Notes under the pieces: generated by a model | What the model saw: the letters and a program-made list of their open reading frames with translations, nothing else | The model's database searches: none | What the model was told of the DNA's origin: nothing | Position numbers and translations under genes: made by a program | Assembly: GCF_963921235.1 (NCBI RefSeq) | Contig: NC_086108.1 | Span: forward strand, 87,794,001 to 87,854,000 | Length of the DNA stretch: 60,000 nt | Reading direction: 5' to 3' | Source: Mobula hypostoma | Taxonomy: Eukaryota | Shown here: positions 52,405 to 60,000 of the stretch, piece after piece | Layout of the letters: every line of letters starts with the position of its first letter | How positions within the stretch are numbered: position 1 is the first letter of the stretch

Positions 52405-53020
52405 CTATATACTAATTGATGCATTTCTTGCAGGCATTTATAGGAAATAATTGAACATAATAGAATTTCATAAAAACTAAACACAAAGACTGAGAAGCAA
52501 CTAAGGTATATCGGAAAACAAGCTGTCCTTGATAGTGCGCCTGTAGGTCACAGAATCAGTTCAGAGTAGTGGTGATTAAAAGTATCCACACTGGCTCAGG
52601 AGCCTGATGGTTGTTGGGCAATAACTGTTCCCCGACCTGGTGGTGTGGGACCCAAGGCTTCTGTACATGCTGCCCAATGGCAGTAGAGCGAAGAGGGCAT
52701 GGCCTGAATCGTAAGGGTTTTTGATAACGGATGCTGCTTTCTTGTGGCAGCACGCCACTTAAATGCGCTCAAATTGCGTCCGAGATGGATGAGGCTGTAT
52801 CCGCCACTGTCTATGGTCTTTTCCATTCTTGGACGTTGGTATTTCCATACAAGGCTGTGATGCAAGCAGTTAAGGTAATCTCCACAGGACATCTTATGTG
52901 CAGGTCCCGGGACAGTCTGCTGATGTTAATACCAAGGAATTTAAAGCTACTGATCTTCTTCATCTCCATTCCCCTAAAGGGCACTGCCTCATGGAGCTCC
53001 GGTTTCTTCCTCTTATTGTC
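52405..53020 (-). mobile_element. Rex1/Babar-like LINE 3' fragment, degraded
   Basis: It translates to KKAASVIKNPYDSGHALFALLPLG...NSYCPTTIRLL. Confidence 0.7.
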
Positions 53021-54501
53021 ACCTCATCACGCCAGCTGATAGCATTTTATCACCGGCATTTTTTCAGCTGGTAAGAATAAAATGGCAAGAAACCTGGCAA
53101 CATATATCTTTTCCACATCCACCACGCAAGAAAGTATTGTTAAAGAGAGGAGGACAAGGAGGTGGGCAGTGGGACAAAGTCACCCAAAGTAACAATGTAA
53201 AAAGAAAACAGAGTATAAAGGCCAGATTCAGCTGTCAGCTAGCACATCCAGTAGTTATTTTCAGACTTGCATCCTATCAGACAGCCTCGCCCATTTAAGT
53301 GGATGCTCACAGTCTTTTCCCACGGTTGGGGAATCAAGAACTAGGTGACATAGGTTTAGGGTGAGAGGAGAGATTTAAAAGGAACCTAATGGGCTTTTTT
53401 TATTTTAATCCGGAGCAACACACACAAAATGCTGGAGGGTCAGGCAGCATCAATGGAAATAAAAAAAACAGACAACGTTACAAACTGAGAAGGGTCTTGG
53501 CCTTTTGTGCGCTGCTGCTCTGGATTTCCAGCATCTGCAGAATCTCTTGCGTTTGTCATCCAGATGGCGGACGGGATAATGGAATGAGCTGCCAGAGAAA
53601 GTGATTGAGACAGGTACAGCATTTAAAAAGGCACTCAGGCACATGGATAGGAAAGGGTTAAAGGGATATGGGCAAATGAGATGAGCTTAGATGGCCATTC
53701 TGTTCGGCACAGAGGGGCTGGCTGTTTCCATGCTATCTGATCCTATGACTCTGGAAGTGTCAGAGTCATTCAGAAATTAGAAATTAAGACAAGCTGTATT
53801 ATTTTTTGAATACAGGCTGTTAACAGCAGGTAGGTCAGAACATCCAATTATTTAGCTTCATGCTCTAGGTACAGTGAGTAGAACAGGGAAGAGATTGCAT
53901 TTCTGTAGTTTGAATGACCTCAAGACCTGCCAAATCATAGTCCAGCCAAGGAAACATTTGGAGCCACTAGAATTCACTTGAATTGACCACTGTTTGAACA
54001 ACACTAGTTTATAAGCAAGGTGCATGTCACAGAAGGGCAGTGCTTCCCCTCAACATTTAATAATGGTTCAATTTACACTATCTTACAAGAATAGGTTTCA
54101 ATTGAATTGTGCTTTCAAATACTGTTAGAGCAATACCATTATTTCAAGGTATGACGTTTGTGGGACCCATAGGAGAGAGAAATTGGTCTGACTCTGCCTT
54201 ACTGCTTAGAGATCAGTGACCTTCTTAGCAGCATTCCAGTGATAAAGCTGCTATCAGCATGCTTAGTATGTGTGACTGGAATCAGAAAAATCAGTCACCT
54301 GCATTGTGACGTTCAACCTTCATTAGGTGAATGAACTAGAGCTCACCCAGAATTCAGGCACAGCAATTTAGCAACAAACTAGCCTATGAGCCCCCCTCCG
54401 CTGTTAAATCACTGATGCAAGGATCAGCCCTTAGATCAACTGAGCAATAGTTCCTACATCCAATCAATAGGCAGGAAGGTTTGATTCTTGTCATTACACC
54501 T

Positions 54502-54728
54502 GGCTGGCTGGTGGTGTAGTGGCATCAGCGCCGGACTTCGGAGCCAAGGCTCCCGAGTTCCAATCCAGCCGTCTCCCTTGCACGCTTTCCATCCGTGTTG
54601 GGTTGAGTGTTGAGCTAGCAACTCGGCCTTGTAAAAATGAGAAAGTCTGCTGAAAAAAACGCTGTCATGACGGTGTCCCGATGACTCCACTCGGAGTTAA
54701 GGGCTATTAAATAATAAAAAATAATAAT
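54502..54728 (+). mobile_element. tRNA-derived SINE
   Basis: It has A and B boxes, a 5' part shared with the 6822 SINE, and an (AAT)n tail. Confidence 0.78.
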
Positions 54729-55406
54729 ACCATTGCTTTCCAACTGTGGCTTCTCATTAGCTATGTGCAGCAGCCTGGCACGTACATATAAGGAAACATA
54801 TTAATCTTATGGAAAATTTCCAGAAGTATCAGATAAGGTCATCTCTGCTTCGTAAGGACATTGGATAAGATAAAATATACTTTGTATGGGATCATATTAA
54901 TTAGTAAGTAGACCCTGCCAGTTGAAGATTTGATGGGAGGTGTAAAGGATCAAGATAAGATTAGATTGTGTAAATAGAAGCTGCTTTCTTTAGTAGAGGA
55001 CTGAGGTAATGGGACGGCAAACTTAAAGCAAAAGACACAATTTGGGGTAGGTGCTAAGAAAAAAGTTTTTTCAGAAAAAAATGTGCAGATAGCGACAAGC
55101 TGGGATTTTGTATGTGAAGAGTGAATCGAGTTTTTTTAAAAAGGGAAAAGGGAATGGAAAATGTATACAAGGAAAAATTGCAACATTACAGAAAGGGAGA
55201 CAAAGAATGAGACTGACTAGACAGACTACAGAAAGCCAGGATGGACGTAATTAATCAAACGCCCACCTGTCATGCGTTAATGGTTTCATGACCTCATTTA
55301 GAATGCGAACTACATAGAAGACATTAATGCTCAATTGTGGAGCAAGGGGAGAAATAGTTGGTATCCCAGCCACTAGCTCCAGTTCATATAGATGTTCATG
55401 TAACTT

Positions 55407-55808
55407 GGCCTTTTTTCCTTGGAGTGACGGAGGATGAGAGGTGACCTGATAGAGGTGTATAAGATGATGAGAGGCATTAATCATGTGGATAGTCAGGGCT
55501 GAAATGGCTAGCACGAGAGGGCACAGTTTTAGGGTGCTTGGAAGTAGGTATAGAGGAGATGTCAGGGGTAAGTTGTTTTTTTTTTTAAAAACGCAGAGAG
55601 TGGTGAGTGCGTGGAATGGGCTGCCGGCAATGGTGGTGGAGGCAGATACGATAGGGTCTTTTAAGAGACTCCTGGACAGGTACATGAAGCTCAAAAAAAT
55701 AGAGGGCTATGGGTAACCACAGGTAATTTCTAAGGTAAGGACATGTTCGGCACAGTTTTGTAGGTCAAAGGGTCTGTATTGTGCTACAGGTTTTCTATGT
55801 TTCTATGT
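55407..55808 (+). mobile_element. CR1 3' end
   Basis: It is near identical to 5110-5458 and ends in a (TTTCTATG)n tail. Confidence 0.9.
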
Positions 55809-55868
55809 TAGACACATGGAAAGCATCTAGGGCGAAGAACCTCTCTTGGAACAAAAAATCTGTAAAGC

Positions 55869-56091
55869 AACACACATCAAAGTTGCTGGTGAACGCAGCA
55901 GGCCAGGCAGCATCTCTAGGAAGAGGTACAGTCGACATTTCGGCCCGAGACCCTTCGTCCTGAAAGAAGGGTCTCGGCCCGAAACGTCAACTGTACCTCT
56001 TCCTAGAGATGCTGCCTGGCCTGCTGCGCTCACCAGCAACTTTGATGTCTGTTGCTTGAATTTCCAACATCTGCAGAATTCCTCGTGTTTT
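55869..56091 (+). mobile_element. Penelope-like element reduced to head-to-head inverted pLTR ends
   Basis: Inverted arms of about 92 bp are centred on a hammerhead-like core, followed by a 34-nt unpaired tail. The TSD aatctgtaaagc lies at 55857-55868 and 56092-56103. Confidence 0.8.
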
Positions 56092-56733
56092 AATCTGTAA
56101 AGCCTTTTCTTCAATACAGCTCACCACCAAGTCAACTATTCTTTGGTTTAACTTGATGGTGGTGATAATCTGTCCTCTTGATTATTGCAACATGTTATTC
56201 CAGTTCTGTCTGGAAGGGAGTTCCAAGATGTAGACTAGTGACAATGAAGGAATCACAATGCATTTCGAACTCAGGATGGTTTGGACCCAGGAAAAGGAGC
56301 ATGCAGACATTTCTGTATGCTTTCTTACCCTTGTCTTTCACTAGACTTTTGAGGGGTATTGTCAGCCAATGACTGCGAGTGTAGTGGTTCTAATGACGAC
56401 CAAGCAACTGAGCAGTCTTGTACTATAATACCACTATGAGCAAATGACAAATTTGATTACTTGCTGGTCACACCAGGGTGAAGGGGCCAAGAATACTGCA
56501 GAATGTTGTCATAGTGGAATCTCCAAGTTAGAATGACCTACATATTAGTGCAATACAAGTGTTCTCGAAAGTGGTAAAGCAAATTAATTAACTAAACAAA
56601 CAGTAACAACTATTTCTAGATGCCGACCCAGTCCATTACTAGATAGTGAAGTATATAATCAGCCTTGGAAAGAACAAACATTAAAACACATCATGAAACA
56701 GAGTGGGACCAATGGAACCAAGGCAACACGATA

Positions 56734-57282
56734 CACTCTGTAGACACATTATTAGGTACAAATGTAATGTGTACAAATGTACACCTGCTCATCAATGCAA
56801 CTATCTAATCAGCCAATCATGTAGGCATGGTCAAGAGTTTTAGTTGTTGTTCAGACCAAACACCAGAATCTGGATGAAATGTTATCTAAATGACTTTGAC
56901 CATGGAATGGTTGTTGGTGCCAGGTGGGGTGGTTTGAGTATCTCAAAAACTGTAGATTTCCTGGGATTTTCATGCACGAGTCGAGGTTACAGAGAATGGT
57001 GTGGAAAACAAAAAAAATAATAATAATTCCAGTGAGTGGCAGTTCTGTCAATGAAAACACCTTGTTAATGAGAAAGGCCAGAGGAAAATGGCCAGATTGG
57101 TTCAAGTTGACAAAGCAGCAACCATAACTCAAATAACCACACGTTACAACAGCAGTACACGAAAGAGCACCTCTGAATGCACACACCTTGAAGTGGATGT
57201 GCTATAGCAGATGACCATGAACATACACTCAGACACTACTTTATTTGGTACAGGAGGTACCTAACAAAGTGGCCACTGAGTG
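56734..57282 (+). mobile_element. Non-autonomous Tc1/mariner-type element
   Basis: The ends are TA|cactc and gtggccactgagtg|TA. It is related to 12138-12568 and ends with a small internal TIR-TIR hairpin (57224-57282). Confidence 0.65.
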
Positions 57283-57358
57283 TAGTTCTTTCAGACAGGA
57301 GAACAATCACCATTATAGAAGCTTGAACATTAGAAAATGACAAAGGTGCTGCACTTAC

Positions 57359-57439
57359 CCGAAGAGCTTTCGGGCTATTGGAGTAATCTATTAGATCACA
57401 TTGGAATGTATACCCAGTTGCCCAGCCAGACATCAAGAA
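57359..57439 (-). CDS. ELOVL1: ELOVL1 coding exon (81 nt, phase 0/0)
   Basis: The exon is bounded by tccacAG and GTaagt and translates to [27 protein letters not shown]. Confidence 0.96.
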
Positions 57440-58986
57440 CTGTGGATAGAATATACATTGTTTTTAAACTAACAGAATTAACATTCCAAACCTCAAAACA
57501 AAACAGACGCATTGTAGTTGACAACTGGGTTAATCCAAATGGAAACACCAGAACAGTCAACCAGAAAAAAACTAACATGTCACACTTCATAACTGAACTG
57601 CTGCTCTTTCCACAGGTAAAGAGCTCAGGGATATTTTAATTTCAAAGTCATACAGCATGAATATCTGAGAAGATGCAAGAACCAATTAATTCCCTTGACA
57701 CACAGAAAGTCTTGAAGCAGTCTGTGAGATTATAATAACTGTCATTCAAAATATAATTACATTTTCCCTTTATTCACTTTATTAAAAACTTTTACAAATC
57801 ACAAGTGACAATCACACAGTTTTTGACTCTCAGCCTTTTTCACTTATCTAAATGAAATAAAGTTCAGACAAATGCCCAATATTCCAGTACCCATACTGCT
57901 CTAACAGTCAGCATCCCTCAAAAATCCCCTACTACAAGAACGGCCTCTTGATCTCAATCTACATTATTATGGCCTTGCATATTTTCTGCCATCGCTGTTC
58001 TTTTGCTATAACTTAATGCTTCATTCTGCAATTGTTTTCCACTGTACTACCTCAATGTACTGACATGACAGCATGATCTTTCTGGATGTTATGGAAAACA
58101 GTTTTTCACTGTACTTCAATACATACTACAATAATAAACAAGGGCACCTGCACTTTCAACCTTCCAATGTCTGCCTTCCAGTTGGTAATGCATTTACTGG
58201 GGCAGGAGGAGACAAAACATTCTGACTTGCATTAATTGCAGTCTGACAACATCAATATTTAATGCTCAGCCAATATGAAACTTTTTTTTAACCCAATAAC
58301 TTGGAGCGGCTAAAAATCCTCACACTGAGGTGTATGCAACCAGAATTGCTTTCAGAAAAACGACAACAATCACGTACTTAATGAATGTATGTGACGAGAG
58401 GTATGCACACCAACACCTAATCAAAACTACCTTGCATATTCCACTCCCTGCAATGGGTTTGTATTCACAAAACTCACCAGTATAGAAGCCTACCTAGGTT
58501 AAGACTAATTGCATGAGTCATCCTCACAAAATTTTACTGGAAAGCTTAAAAATGGTGATTTGTCCAAACTATTCTGTTTCTTCGAAATCAATAGAATGCC
58601 AATATTTCTCATTCTCTGACAACATAACAAGCCATTGAGTTAAACAGCAATACTTACTTCCCTACAACTTCTTGCAAATTTCCTCCTCTTGCTCACTCAT
58701 CAGATATCTACACTAGGAGCAATCTACAATAGTAAATTAACTAGCGCAACAGTTTTTGGGATATGAAAGAAACACAAGTCACAAGGAGAATGTGGAATCC
58801 CTACTTCAGGGCTCCCAACCTTTTTAATGCCATGGACCAATATCATTAAGAAAGGGGTCCGCGAACCCCAGGTGGCGAACCACTGCTCTACACAAATGCA
58901 GGTCAATAACTTTGCTGAGATCTTTGATAATATAAACCTGATAAGCAGAACTCTCCAAAGCTAAAAGAGAACATAAGTAGTCTTAC

Positions 58987-59177
58987 CTCATAGACTATGA
59001 ATATCGAGAAAAACACCAGTGCAAAGTTATAGCAAACCATAACCTTCTTGAGATCGAAGGGCATCCTGCCAGCCATGAGCTTGGGCCCCAAAGACAGTAC
59101 AAAATATACATAGAACAACAGGACAGCGGTCATAGGGACTGGAGACACCATAAAGGGATATTGTTCAATCCTTGGGT
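58987..59177 (-). CDS. ELOVL1: ELOVL1 coding exon (191 nt, phase 1/0); the start-codon exon lies beyond the window
   Basis: The exon is bounded by ctctgcAG and GTaaga and translates to [64 protein letters not shown]. Confidence 0.96.
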
Positions 59178-59726
59178 CTGCAGAGAAAGAGGAGAGAAAA
59201 AAAAGATGCAGAGTAATCATAGAACTCATTAACTTTCTGCAACCAAATTTTGACAACCAGTTCCAGCAGAAACAGCATAAAAAAGCAGGTTCTGAGTTTC
59301 CTTTCAGGAAGCATCAACTAGAATGCTTGATGCTAGAAATATTTTTTTTAAATTGTCAAAAATGTTGGAAATGCTTTGGCTTGGCAGTAACTATGAAAAC
59401 TAACACTGAGTCAACTTTCTGATGAAAGGGTATTGAAATGAAACATCAGCAGTTTCCTTCTACACAGATGCTGCCAGACTGGCTGAGTATTTTCAGCATT
59501 ATCTACTTCAGTTGCCAACTTTCTCATCATTATCAAGGAGAGCATTCACACTGGGACAGTCACTATGTTTCCTTGTAATTTAGACATATTTCATATGCAA
59601 GCAGTGATTTTATTATCTGAAGAGGTAATCAGAGTCAAACTTGACCTCATAATTCAGAAACCATTTTTCCCGATCTCACTACAGAAACACTTCTGTCCAA
59701 TGCGAAACACCAATAGCCAAATCTGA

Positions 59727-60000
59727 GCACAAGATTCTGCAGATGCTGGAAATCCAGAACAACACACACAACATGCTGGAAGAACTCAGCTAGCAGCATC
59801 TATGGAAAGGAATAAAGAGCCGATATTTTACACTGAGACCTTTCATCAGGACTGTAAGATGGGCTGGATGGCCCAGTTCTATGTTTTATGGACTGGAAAG
59901 GAAGGTAGAAAGAGCCAGGATAAAGTGGGGGGGGGGGGGGGGAGAGAGGAAATACTACAAGCTGGCAAGTGAGGGGGGAGGTAAGTGGATAGGAGATGGG
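59727..60000 (-). mobile_element. Penelope-like element 3' end with a degenerate hammerhead
   Basis: The minus strand reads cagtc-ctgatga-aaggtctc... followed by the same tail (ggatttccagcatctgcagaatcttgtg) as the other PLE copies. Confidence 0.65.

Noticed and set aside
6822..54728. tRNA genes at the A/B-box motifs (near 7020, 21303, 49278, 54502)
   Set aside because: I could not see a complete cloverleaf in any of them, and each continues into a SINE body and tail.
33396..59177. ELOVL7 as an alternative identity
   Set aside because: Last-exon residues ([15 protein letters not shown]), MVRVAWLFLFSK and linkage to MED8 favour ELOVL1. A phylogeny would confirm this.
58903..59256. ORF suggesting an ELOVL1 start at 59256
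   Set aside because: The N-terminal part is an intronic polypyrimidine tract, and a canonical acceptor at 59178 defines the exon.
59417..59452. Second functional hammerhead (ctgatga...gaaacatc)
   Set aside because: Stem II and stem III pairing are lost, so it is treated as a decayed PLE remnant.
1..60000. CRISPR array, operon or prokaryotic defence system
   Set aside because: There is no regularly spaced repeat-spacer array. The window contains spliced vertebrate genes and eukaryotic transposons.

Overview
This is eukaryotic vertebrate DNA, most likely from a cartilaginous fish such as a ray (inferred from the CR1, V-SINE and Penelope repeat content). It holds two partial host genes facing each other. 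The last four coding exons of MED8 lie on the + strand (1193-20039), and six coding exons of ELOVL1 lie on the - strand (59177-33396). The 5' ends of both genes fall outside the window. All exons have GT-AG junctions and consistent phases. The rest is dominated by nested transposable elements: several CR1 LINE subfamilies (one very young), Rex1/Babar-like and RTE LINEs, Penelope-like element (PLE) remnants, Tc1, Tigger/pogo and hAT DNA transposons and MITEs, tRNA-derived SINEs and a probable solo LTR. The most notable signals are an intact-looking minimal type-I hammerhead ribozyme core in a PLE terminus (26428-26465), a palindromic PLE insertion with a 12-bp target-site duplication (TSD) and 34-nt tail, a ~110-bp inverted repeat split by a Tigger element, and a Tc1 element built from two right ends. 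MED8 and ELOVL1 are convergent, which appears to differ from the human arrangement. I found no evidence for a wholly new multi-gene system. All family names come from recalled motifs, not database searches, and repeat boundaries without a TSD are approximate.
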